Shown piece by piece: positions 1 to 7,275 of a DNA stretch of 39,953 nt. This DNA is from a virus. The stretch lies in the IMG/VR virus record IMGVR_UViG_3300050516_000005. One strand, given 5' to 3'. The notes beneath the pieces were generated by a model, which did not search any database, was not told the DNA's origin, and saw nothing but the letters and a program-made list of their open reading frames with translations. Each line of letters begins with the position of its first letter. Within the stretch, counting starts at the first letter, position 1. Made by a program: the position numbers and the translations under genes.

Positions 1-127
1 TTCGCGGATTGAGGCTGAATGTCGGGCTGGACGGATTGACCATTTCCATGGGTAAGGGATCGTGTTTCCTGCCTAACACCAGGCGACTTATTAGTGACGG
101 TAGTTCGGCGGTAACACTTTCGTCTCC
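1..127. repeat. Exact 127-bp direct repeat of the window ends (copy 1, identical to 39827..39953); circular closure of a 39,826-bp genome unit
   Basis: Read base by base: ttcgcggattgaggctgaatgtcggg...cactttcgtctcc is present at both ends; an ORF is continuous in frame across the junction. Confidence 0.95.
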
Positions 128-731
128 CACGGTATCAACGTGGTATTTCGCCTACGCCTATGAGGGCGACCCTGGCGTGGCGCAGCTTGAGCTATCTACT
201 GTTTCGCCCGATACGCCGTATCCTTTGCCAGGTTCCACGGCAAGGACGAAAACCGGTGACCTGACCCGTCGATACCTGGGGTCGGTTTATGTGCAGTCAA
301 ATGGTCTTGTTAGGCCATTTAGGCAGACGGTGGCGACAGACATCGGGAACGTGGTGCTTTTCAGCGCGGCCACATCGGGCGGAAGCATCCCGGCAACGAC
401 GAATCTTCTATCGGCATTCGTGGCATCCACCGCGACGACGATACCGTTGAATCCGATCATTCCCGCCACGGCTACCCACGTCCGGCTAGACGTCAAAAAC
501 GCTTCAAACCGTCAAATTTACATCGCCAACCCTGATAACGGCGCTGCCAGCCCAACGAACTGGTCTGTATCGGCAATGCCCAACGAATCAGTATGTTGCG
601 ATGTCGAGCTAAGTTCGACCCAGACGATTTCGGCTATACTTTCCACAACAGGCCTCTTGGGTTCGGTATTGGGCCTAGTCCTCGCCGGGCAGGTCAATAT
701 CTACATCCAGGGCTACATTTACGACAGGTGA
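3..731 (+). CDS. 3' part of the junction-spanning distal tail-fibre / receptor-binding-like protein (ATG at 39796; 253 aa in the circle)
   Basis: Frame continuity ...NTIIRGLRLNVGLDG... across the overlap; last in a run of fibre-like genes; paralogue of 735..1505 (core TARTKTGDLTRRYLGS vs IARTKTSDTTRRYLGS). Confidence 0.7.
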   Translation, partial: RGLRLNVGLDGLTISMGKGSCFLPNTRRLISDGSSAVTLSSPTVSTWYFAYAYEGDPGVAQLELSTVSPDTPYPLPGSTARTKTGDLTRRYLGSVYVQSNGLVRPFRQTVATDIGNVVLFSAATSGGSIPATTNLLSAFVASTATTIPLNPIIPATATHVRLDVKNASNRQIYIANPDNGAASPTNWSVSAMPNESVCCDVELSSTQTISAILSTTGLLGSVLGLVLAGQVNIYIQGYIYDR

Positions 732-734
732 TCT

Positions 735-1505
735 ATGACGAAGTACGCGACCGGGTATCCAGCATCAGGGGCATTGACCGGCGCGGAAACGTTGCAGGTG
801 GTCAGGGCTGGGGCTGATTTGCAGGCACCTGTATCCGGGTTCATGCCGACATCATATATCGATGGTCTAATTCTCAAGTGGGTGTCGAATACGGCGGTCA
901 CGGTTACATCTGGGTCGGCTTATGTGCCATCGCTTGGATACACGCTTAGGGCCACGTCTGACATCGCAAAAACATCGTTGTCTTTGTCCGCTTCAACGAT
1001 GTACCACGCGTATTTATTTTTGAATGGATCAACCCCTGATGTGGAATTCGTCACTACGGCTCCATCCGCGCCCTACAACGGTATTGCCAGGACGAAGACA
1101 TCCGACACCACACGACGATACCTAGGATCTTTTATTACCACTTCAAGTGGCGCGGTATCTCCTTTTACAGCGACAGGTTCGTTCATGTGTATGTGGACGG
1201 CCAATCGCGTGGTTAATAATGGCATGAATACTGCTGTGACAACCGTTTCAGTTTCATCGGTTGTTCCAGCTTCTTGCTCATCTATTTTTTTGCGTTGTCA
1301 GAATAATTCAACAGCAAACTCTGCATTGATTAACTGGCCTGAAAACATATCCGCTGGAAGCTCTAGTTATGTGGCTATTGGTGCTGGACGTGATTTATCT
1401 ATTTACGTACCTGTGCCGTCTTTGCAAATTACTTACAACTATAGCGGGGCTCCGGCGACCAGCGGAACTTTCTTAGATGTACTTGGCTACAATTTCGAAA
1501 GGTAA
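735..1505 (+). CDS. Distal tail-fibre / receptor-binding-like protein, tandem paralogue of the preceding gene
   Basis: 256-aa ORF starting 4 nt after the upstream stop; shared motif architecture (MYHAYLFL vs WYFAYAY; ARTKT.D.TRRYLGS); C-terminal half markedly low in GC. Confidence 0.7.
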   Translation: MTKYATGYPASGALTGAETLQVVRAGADLQAPVSGFMPTSYIDGLILKWVSNTAVTVTSGSAYVPSLGYTLRATSDIAKTSLSLSASTMYHAYLFLNGSTPDVEFVTTAPSAPYNGIARTKTSDTTRRYLGSFITTSSGAVSPFTATGSFMCMWTANRVVNNGMNTAVTTVSVSSVVPASCSSIFLRCQNNSTANSALINWPENISAGSSSYVAIGAGRDLSIYVPVPSLQITYNYSGAPATSGTFLDVLGYNFER

Positions 1506-1509
1506 CCAG

Positions 1510-1836
1510 ATGAAATCACGCCGCCAAGGTGAGCATCCTGCACGCAACTACCTGGCGGCGCTATGGGAGCAGCTGGACAAGAGTAAGGGTAAGCCTACTG
1601 TCGAACTCATTCAGTCGGCGATGGAAGGTCTTGAGCATGCTGGAAGGCTGATCGACCAGCTAAGCCCACTAGAGTCCGAAGAGCGAACCCTCCTTGGTCT
1701 ACTGGTTCAGTGCGCCGAGATCCGTACTATGGAAATCGGTGGTGGCAAGAAAAAAGAGTATATGGAAATCGTGAACCGGGATAACTACGAGTTCATCATC
1801 AAGCGTCTTATCGAGTTGAGGAAGAAGCATCCGTGA
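1510..1836 (+). CDS. Hypothetical protein between fibre genes and lysis cassette
   Basis: ATG 1510 just after the upstream stop (ORF-track start 1477 would overlap); stop overlaps the endolysin GTG start; no motif recognised. Confidence 0.5.
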   Translation: MKSRRQGEHPARNYLAALWEQLDKSKGKPTVELIQSAMEGLEHAGRLIDQLSPLESEERTLLGLLVQCAEIRTMEIGGGKKKEYMEIVNRDNYEFIIKRLIELRKKHP

Positions 1837-2426
1837 GTTTTTCAGAGAAAATGTTGGTTTCGATATCGCCTGGCATAGCCAAGTATTCAGATGCGCTTCT
1901 CGATGCCATGAGGAATAGAGACATCAGTACATTTCTCAGGGCAAGTCACTTTCTCGCTCAATGCGCTCATGAATCATCAGGGTTCTCCACTGTTGTTGAA
2001 AACCTGAATTATTCTGCTGAACGACTTGTTTCTGTATTTCCTAAGTACTTTGACTCAAACAACTCAAAGTTATACGCAAGAAACCCTGAAAAGATAGCAA
2101 ACCGCGTATATGCAAACCGAATGGGAAACGGACCAGAAGAATCTGGTGACGGTTGGAAATACAGGGGTAGGGGGCTAATCCAATTGACTGGGAAGGACTC
2201 TTACAAAGCGTATGGAAGAGGGGTTGATGTAGAGCCAGAACTTCTTGAGACGCCTACGGGTGCCGCAGAAAGCGCGGCTTGGTTTTGGTCTAGAAATGGC
2301 ATTAACGCACTAGCTGATGCTGATGACATTAAGGCCGTCACAAGAAAAGTGAACGGTGGTCTGAATGGCCTGGATGATCGCATCAAATGGCTAATCCGTG
2401 TTGAAGAAGCACTTACGGTGGGGTGA
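1833..2426 (+). CDS. Endolysin, glycoside hydrolase family 19 (chitinase-like lysozyme)
   Basis: Motifs RASHFLAQCAHESSGF, YRGRGLIQLTGKDSY, VNGGLNGLDDR typical of GH19-type phage endolysins; sits directly upstream of holin and spanins. Confidence 0.85.
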   Translation: MSFSEKMLVSISPGIAKYSDALLDAMRNRDISTFLRASHFLAQCAHESSGFSTVVENLNYSAERLVSVFPKYFDSNNSKLYARNPEKIANRVYANRMGNGPEESGDGWKYRGRGLIQLTGKDSYKAYGRGVDVEPELLETPTGAAESAAWFWSRNGINALADADDIKAVTRKVNGGLNGLDDRIKWLIRVEEALTVG

Positions 2427-2429
2427 CCT

Positions 2430-2837
2430 ATGGCGATTGCGGATGGGGTGATCGACGCACTGTGGAACGCGGTGGAGCGCATATCGTCCATGCCGCAGCT
2501 ACAGGCGGTGCTGGTTGGTCTATTGGGTGGCGTGGCGGCTACGTACGCCTTGGCGACCTGGATGCCTCCGAACATGAATACGGCCAAGGCCAAGCGAATT
2601 ACGGCGCTGGTGGCTGGCGGAACTACGCTTAACTTGGCGCTGGTCATGAGCACCACCGTGGCGACGTTCGTGTGGGCTCTGGTGTTCGCCATGCTTTCGC
2701 CTGCGGTCCATGGGTCCATCGTCCGGTTCGTGGCCCACAAATGGCCTTGGGCGGCTCCTGAGAGCGTCATGGAGCCATCGGAGGTGGCTGAGGCGGACCG
2801 GCGTAAGCGTCAAATCGTGAGGGAGTTGGAGCCATGA
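2430..2837 (+). CDS. Holin-like membrane protein (three hydrophobic helices, charged C-tail)
   Basis: Hydrophobic stretches VLVGLLGGVAATYALATW, ITALVAGGTTLNLALVM, VATFVWALVFAMLSPAV; charged tail EADRRKRQIVRELEP; position between endolysin and spanins. Confidence 0.65.
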   Translation: MAIADGVIDALWNAVERISSMPQLQAVLVGLLGGVAATYALATWMPPNMNTAKAKRITALVAGGTTLNLALVMSTTVATFVWALVFAMLSPAVHGSIVRFVAHKWPWAAPESVMEPSEVAEADRRKRQIVRELEP

Positions 2838-3214
2838 AGACATTGAACTGGCCCATGTGGGTCATCGTGATCCTGGGTAGCGCATCGGTCTTGCTGACGC
2901 TGTACGCCATGCACCTAAAAGTAGAGATCGCCGGGTACCAGAAAGCCATGGTGACTTACCAGTCGGCTCAGGCCACGAACCTGGAATCGATATCTAATCT
3001 GGAAGCCGTTGCTCGGAAACTTGCATCCCAAGACGCCGAGAACCGAGCCAAGGCGGCGGACGCGGCGGCTAGAAATAAGCGCATGTTCGACGCACTGAAC
3101 GAACAGCTAAAGAATCGTCAAACGGTGAGGGAGAAGGTCTATGTTTCGGATAAATCGGCTGGCGATTGGGCTGACGGCATCGTTCCTTCTGCCGTGGCTG
3201 ACAGCCTGCGGTGA
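2834..3214 (+). CDS. i-spanin (Rz-like)
   Basis: N-terminal TM anchor WPMWVIVILGSASVLLTLYAM followed by a charged coiled-coil-like periplasmic region; ATGA overlap with the holin stop; contains the start of the o-spanin gene in another frame. Confidence 0.75.
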   Translation: MKTLNWPMWVIVILGSASVLLTLYAMHLKVEIAGYQKAMVTYQSAQATNLESISNLEAVARKLASQDAENRAKAADAAARNKRMFDALNEQLKNRQTVREKVYVSDKSAGDWADGIVPSAVADSLR

Positions 3215-3431
3215 TGTAGCTGTACGAACTAGGGACGTTGAGGTGCCGTATCGGGTGTATGTGCCTTTGGACGCCAGGCTGACCTCGGACGTGGATTACT
3301 CGGTGCTAACGCCGGGACCGGTAAAGAACCGGCAACTGGCCGATAAGCTCGACCAGTGCCAGGTGGTTGTTAAGCAGCAGGCGGGGCAGCTTAGGGAGAT
3401 TCGGGCTTTGCAGCCAGCCGGGCAGAATTAA
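3141..3431 (+). CDS. o-spanin (Rz1-like outer-membrane lipoprotein), overlapped architecture
   Basis: Lipoprotein signal MFRINRLAIGLTASFLLPWLTAC with lipobox LTAC; starts inside the i-spanin gene (+1 frame) and extends beyond it. Confidence 0.75.
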   Translation: MFRINRLAIGLTASFLLPWLTACGDVAVRTRDVEVPYRVYVPLDARLTSDVDYSVLTPGPVKNRQLADKLDQCQVVVKQQAGQLREIRALQPAGQN

Positions 3432-4246
3432 AAAGGCTCATCCGAATCCACCGCTACCGGCGCGTATTCTACCGTATCGGCTTCTTCTGGCGTTTCGGCG
3501 GCTAGGGCGGCGAGTGATCCAGCTAGCGAGTCGTCCGAAGCGATACGGCGCTGATCCGATCCACGATAGTCGTCATCCCCGTGCGTTACAGCCGCATACT
3601 CGCCTTCGGTCATATCCGGCATGGGAATGAACTTGAACAGTCGCTTCACCGGCGTCTTACGGTGCATCTCATCGGTGTGAAGATTCCACGGTGAATCCTC
3701 ACGCGACGTCTTTGACAGACCCTTGATGCGGTCGAGATCCTTGATGCTCATCACCTCGCGGTATTTACGCCCGTCCTTGTCTGTTGCGATAGCGTAGGCT
3801 CCGATCACCTTGCCGCGATCCACGCCAAGCGGAGCAGGCTCATGGATGATCCTGGCATCATCGCCAAGGTGGTGAACGAACTTGTCATTGGCGTAGACGA
3901 TATGAGACTCGATCCCCACGCCGTGATTTGCCGCGATCTTACGAAGGCCGAATACCATCGGCTGAAACGTCGCCTTGCCCTTCTGGGGGACGATAGCACC
4001 CTCCCGGCCGTCAGGCATCAATCCCATGTAGGCGGCCGTCTTGATGGACGAGAACAGGGATGCGCGGTCAAGGCTAAGTATCGTGGGATTACGCTGCACA
4101 GCGTCAAGTAAGGCGCGCTTGAAACGGCCGACAACGGGCGAGTCATTGGGAACACCCATCGACTGCGCAAGCTGCGAGGTCATCTCAGGCGTGTTGATGG
4201 TGTCGGCGAGTTTCTTGCCTTGGTCTTTCACGGATAGATCATTCAT
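3428..4246 (-). CDS. recT: RecT-family single-strand annealing recombinase
   Basis: RecT-like core (SLFSSIKTAAYMGLMPDGREGAIVPQKGKATFQPMVFGLRKIA, GAYAIATDKDGRKY, SPWNLHTDEMHRKTPVKRLFKFIP); paired with an upstream exonuclease; acidic C-terminus ending DSDEPF. Confidence 0.85.
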   Translation of the reverse strand: MNDLSVKDQGKKLADTINTPEMTSQLAQSMGVPNDSPVVGRFKRALLDAVQRNPTILSLDRASLFSSIKTAAYMGLMPDGREGAIVPQKGKATFQPMVFGLRKIAANHGVGIESHIVYANDKFVHHLGDDARIIHEPAPLGVDRGKVIGAYAIATDKDGRKYREVMSIKDLDRIKGLSKTSREDSPWNLHTDEMHRKTPVKRLFKFIPMPDMTEGEYAAVTHGDDDYRGSDQRRIASDDSLAGSLAALAAETPEEADTVEYAPVAVDSDEPF

Positions 4247-5033
4247 ATTTAGTAGCCCACTTTGGCCTGCTGTATTGAGTCGCCTTAGCTCTAGGCTTAG
4301 GCCATTCGTTGTTCTTTAGACATTCGGCATAGATCTCGTATGCCTTTCTGGATGCTTTCTCAGCATCATCCAACGCCTCATCGTCGGGGTAAAATATCTC
4401 ACACACATACGGCGCCTCCTTCTCAATGGCGATGAACGCCATTTTTTTCATCGGCTTACCGGTCACCAGAGATTTCACGAACGGGTAGTGGTACACCGCC
4501 GTGTTGTAACCATAGTCCTCTGCATGAGCTTCCCACTTCGCCAGGGACGCGACTGACTTCAGATCGAAGTCGTATTCAGGCACCGGCGAGTCGTCAATGT
4601 CGAACCTGGCCTTGACACGGAAGCCTAGACCGGTATCGGCGAAGTACGACACCTCTGGATTGAACTTACGAAGGATGCCACGGATCGATGGGTCTGAATG
4701 TGCCGCATCTCGCATGCGACGGGCCACGTCCGCCTGTGACGGTTTGATGGGAATCCGTCCATTACCGTACTCGATCAGCGCATCCCATGCCTTCGTACCA
4801 CGCCGGATATCGTCGCTGGTGGCGATGACGAATGTTTCATCGAACCTATCAGGCTCAAGAATGGCCTTGTGGATGATCGATCCGTCTTCGGTGGACCTTG
4901 TGTTGACCGATTCGCCGTACATGAAGTGTGCGGGGGATTTCAGCAGTTTTCTCAGCGACGAATTCCCCAGCGCCTGGTCAGCGTGGTAGTCCTGTTCGGA
5001 TAGGTTGGGGTGGCGGCCTAGGAGGTCGGTCAT
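4239..5033 (-). CDS. PD-(D/E)XK exonuclease (exonuclease VIII / DUF3799-like), partner of RecT
   Basis: N-terminal LSEQDYHADQALGNSSLRKLLKSPAHFMY and later FDIDD...DFDLKSV resemble the PDDEXK exonuclease fold used with RecT; ATG 5033 chosen because it forms an ATGA overlap with the upstream 45-aa ORF (track start 5075 is TTG). Confidence 0.7.
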   Translation of the reverse strand: MTDLLGRHPNLSEQDYHADQALGNSSLRKLLKSPAHFMYGESVNTRSTEDGSIIHKAILEPDRFDETFVIATSDDIRRGTKAWDALIEYGNGRIPIKPSQADVARRMRDAAHSDPSIRGILRKFNPEVSYFADTGLGFRVKARFDIDDSPVPEYDFDLKSVASLAKWEAHAEDYGYNTAVYHYPFVKSLVTGKPMKKMAFIAIEKEAPYVCEIFYPDDEALDDAEKASRKAYEIYAECLKNNEWPKPRAKATQYSRPKWATKYE

Positions 5034-5167
5034 TTTGGCAGGTTGATCTTGTCGATGAGACGGTTGCCAAACCAAAGCTGTAGAACGTGCTCTTCTTCGT
5101 CCTCGTCAAATCCAAGGTCGAACTGCAAGTTCTTAGCCAAAATATCTACCAGTTCATCAGTGCTCAT
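5030..5167 (-). CDS. Small acidic hypothetical protein (45 aa, below the ORF-track cutoff)
   Basis: Hand translation MSTDELVDILAKNLQFDLGFDEDEEEHVLQLWFGNRLIDKINLPK; ATGA overlaps at both ends fill the gap exactly. Confidence 0.5.
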   Translation of the reverse strand: MSTDELVDILAKNLQFDLGFDEDEEEHVLQLWFGNRLIDKINLPK

Positions 5168-5388
5168 TCCTCATCCTTCTTTTTAGAGTAGTACTCAACC
5201 ATGCTCATCAGAGGCCTGGTGTCGTAGTACATCCACCCACTCATGGGCTCATACCACAATTTTCTATGGTCGAAGATTTCTTCTTTTAGCTCTTCGCCTT
5301 CTATGAAATTCTTTTTGTATCTTGTTTTCATGTAATCGATAGCCTGTAAAGGTGGGATGATATACATGACTACTGGCCTTGAGGCCAT
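5164..5388 (-). CDS. Hypothetical small protein (74 aa), AT-rich leftward operon
   Basis: ORF in a tightly packed co-directional chain; no motif recognised. Confidence 0.55.
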   Translation of the reverse strand: MASRPVVMYIIPPLQAIDYMKTRYKKNFIEGEELKEEIFDHRKLWYEPMSGWMYYDTRPLMSMVEYYSKKKDEE

Positions 5389-5561
5389 CGAATTACATCA
5401 AGATCTCCTTTGAAAACCATCCATGCGTACTTGAACCTAAGTTTCCAATCCTGCATTCCAATGGGACGGCTGTAAACGTAACCATTCCCGTTGTTATATG
5501 AAGTTGAATACTTGATATTTATGATGTCTTCCGGAATGAGCATGGCTGGAACTTTCTTCAT
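5370..5561 (-). CDS. Hypothetical small protein (63 aa), AT-rich leftward operon
   Basis: ORF in the chain; ATGA coupling with the upstream ORF. Confidence 0.55.
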   Translation of the reverse strand: MKKVPAMLIPEDIINIKYSTSYNNGNGYVYSRPIGMQDWKLRFKYAWMVFKGDLDVIRWPQGQ

Positions 5562-5737
5562 TTATCACCCCCAAACATCCAGGAATCGTCTTCGCCATCT
5601 TCAAGACCTTTGCTCCACGCAGCAAAAAGCATTGCAACATGGTCATTTCGATAGCATCCGTATGCATCAACCTGTGTATTTTCGACAGCCATGCTTTTTA
5701 ACCATTTTTCAAATCTAAGGTGAAATTGATCTTTCAT
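5558..5737 (-). CDS. Hypothetical small protein (59 aa, below the ORF-track cutoff)
   Basis: Hand translation MKDQFHLRFEKWLKSMAVENTQVDAYGCYRNDHVAMLFAAWSKGLEDGEDDSWMFGGDK; ATGA overlaps at both ends. Confidence 0.55.
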   Translation of the reverse strand: MKDQFHLRFEKWLKSMAVENTQVDAYGCYRNDHVAMLFAAWSKGLEDGEDDSWMFGGDK

Positions 5738-5940
5738 TTCTCAGAAACTCCAAGGGAAAACCCTTTGTGCCACCCGAAGTCAACCCCAACAAGGAAAGCA
5801 TGCCAACGGTCGCTAACCCTGTAATCCTTGTAGTCACCATTCGATGTTAGATCTAGACGCATCTTCGCCTTGGAAAACCAATCTCTGTCTTTGATCCAAG
5901 ACTCGAACCGTTGGCGGCGAATGTCGTTTTTATCGATCAT
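5734..5940 (-). CDS. Hypothetical small protein (68 aa)
   Basis: ORF in the chain; shares an RFE.W motif with 5558..5737 and 14080..14343. Confidence 0.55.
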   Translation of the reverse strand: MIDKNDIRRQRFESWIKDRDWFSKAKMRLDLTSNGDYKDYRVSDRWHAFLVGVDFGWHKGFSLGVSEK

Positions 5941-6118
5941 CTTGCACCTTCATAGCCCTGCGAACAGCTTTCCTCTCAAGATCGTTATCGCATAGAGACA
6001 TAGGATCTATCCGTGTTCGCTTAATAAGGTTTATGAGAGTAAGCCGCTGGTCTTCAAGATCATTGATCCAGTCCTGAAGCATGGCGACTTCACCAAAATC
6101 GTCTTCGTAGTCGATCAT
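5930..6118 (-). CDS. Hypothetical small acidic protein (62 aa)
   Basis: ORF in the chain with short overlaps on both sides. Confidence 0.55.
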   Translation of the reverse strand: MIDYEDDFGEVAMLQDWINDLEDQRLTLINLIKRTRIDPMSLCDNDLERKAVRRAMKVQDDR

Positions 6119-6447
6119 TCGATCACCTCAACCAGTTTGACCCGACGGGCGCCTTGACGTGCCGCATTGATGGCTGCTTCTTCCGATTCGTGACATACCA
6201 AATAGTCGCCCGCTTCTTCAGGATATTCATTTATCCAGAACTCGCGAGGACCTGGTTTTACTCGATAATCGTTTTCCTCAAAGTTCCAAACCGGCTCACC
6301 GTGTTTATGCCAATCAGTCCATTCGGCGTCCTTCCTATGCCTAAACTGGATCTTTGCCCCATTTAGGTATGCATTGATGACTAGACCTGCATCCCAGGTC
6401 TTGTGCTTGTTGACGTACTTAGCGCGATCCGCTGGGTTGCTAAACAT
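6115..6447 (-). CDS. Hypothetical protein (110 aa)
   Basis: Start moved to ATG 6447, preceded by GGAGG (ccttGGAGGttatagatATG) and overlapping the upstream stop by 8 nt; the 154-aa track ORF would overlap the upstream gene by 140 nt. Confidence 0.6.
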   Translation of the reverse strand: MFSNPADRAKYVNKHKTWDAGLVINAYLNGAKIQFRHRKDAEWTDWHKHGEPVWNFEENDYRVKPGPREFWINEYPEEAGDYLVCHESEEAAINAARQGARRVKLVEVIE

Positions 6448-6757
6448 ATCTATAACCTCCAAGGATTTCCAAAATTTTATTGCCACACTCAGCCTCGGCG
6501 TTGATGGTGGCACTAAACACGGGGTTTTCGTGGCAAGAGCTATCCCACGGCAAGCAAAGATCAGATGCAAGACGCTCAAATTTGTCTAGTACTTCTTCAA
6601 GCGCCTCGTAGGTTACCCAGCGTCCTTCGTCGTCTGGTTCCATCTTGACTCCTGTATATTCTCCTGTAGAGCGATTTTCCTGCATCTCAGGCTCAAATCT
6701 TTCTACCTGATAAAGCAATGGCTTCTGTTTGTAAAAACGGTTGTATTTCTTATCCAT
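6440..6757 (-). CDS. Hypothetical protein (105 aa)
   Basis: ORF in the chain; no motif recognised. Confidence 0.55.
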   Translation of the reverse strand: MDKKYNRFYKQKPLLYQVERFEPEMQENRSTGEYTGVKMEPDDEGRWVTYEALEEVLDKFERLASDLCLPWDSSCHENPVFSATINAEAECGNKILEILGGYRYV

Positions 6758-6950
6758 TGTCTATGTCCTTGTATGCATACATTGATCCTGTGAAGTAACC
6801 TGCCTGCCAAAAGTAATAGGCAGTCTGCTTATCAGGCAAAACTCCCATGCCGCTTAATGCATTCGATACTTTTTCCCAGAAAGACTGAAAGTCTTTGTCT
6901 AGGCTGAAATCAACTAAGTGATCTCTAACCTCCAAATATTCATCTTTCAA
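6750..6950 (-). CDS. Hypothetical small protein; start uncertain (TTG 6950, alternatives ATG 7010 or 7037)
   Basis: The N-terminal 30 aa of the track ORF (MKASSRSSKMVASTHTKLRGTPLKK...) look like out-of-frame read of the upstream gene; the C-terminal two thirds look protein-like. Confidence 0.4.
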   Translation of the reverse strand: MKDEYLEVRDHLVDFSLDKDFQSFWEKVSNALSGMGVLPDKQTAYYFWQAGYFTGSMYAYKDIDNG

Positions 6951-7164
6951 GCATTTCGATGATTTTTTCAAGGGTGTACCTCGCAGTTTGGTATGAGTCG
7001 ATGCCACCATCTTTGATGATCTGCTGGAGGCCTTCATTTGCTACGACCTGCAAAGATTTCATCCTGTCAATGGCAGCAACAAGTGCTTCCTCTGTACCCC
7101 AAAGACCTTCATCAGAAGCGAAGTATGAGCATAGCTCCAAGCTATGAATGAGTCCGCCATTCAC
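6940..7164 (-). CDS. First gene of the leftward operon, hypothetical (74 aa, GTG start)
   Basis: GTG 7164 preceded by GAGGTG Shine-Dalgarno (ggtGAGGTGatttGTG) and by a candidate promoter 40-70 nt upstream. Confidence 0.6.
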   Translation of the reverse strand: MNGGLIHSLELCSYFASDEGLWGTEEALVAAIDRMKSLQVVANEGLQQIIKDGGIDSYQTARYTLEKIIEMLER

Positions 7165-7203
7165 AAATCACCTCACCACCGCCACATGCGGCCTAGGTAG
7201 GTC

Positions 7204-7242
7204 ACACTAGACCTATCCGATATCCGTGTCAAGCGTTGACAC
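7204..7242. promoter_or_regulatory. Divergent control element: perfect palindrome GTGTCAA-gcg-TTGACAC (7226..7242) giving back-to-back TTGACA -35 boxes; leftward -10 TAGTGT (complement of 7204..7209) at 17-nt spacing
   Basis: Read directly; lies in the only sizeable gap between divergent operons (7165..7275). The rightward -10 is poor (caccat). Confidence 0.5.
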
Positions 7243-7275
7243 AAGGTCAGATATGCCCCACCATCGGCCTAACCC

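Noticed and set aside
1-127. Terminal repeats as transposon/IS ends or att sites
   Set aside because: The repeat is direct and lies inside a coding sequence that is continuous across the junction. There is no transposase or integrase. Circular-assembly overlap explains it.
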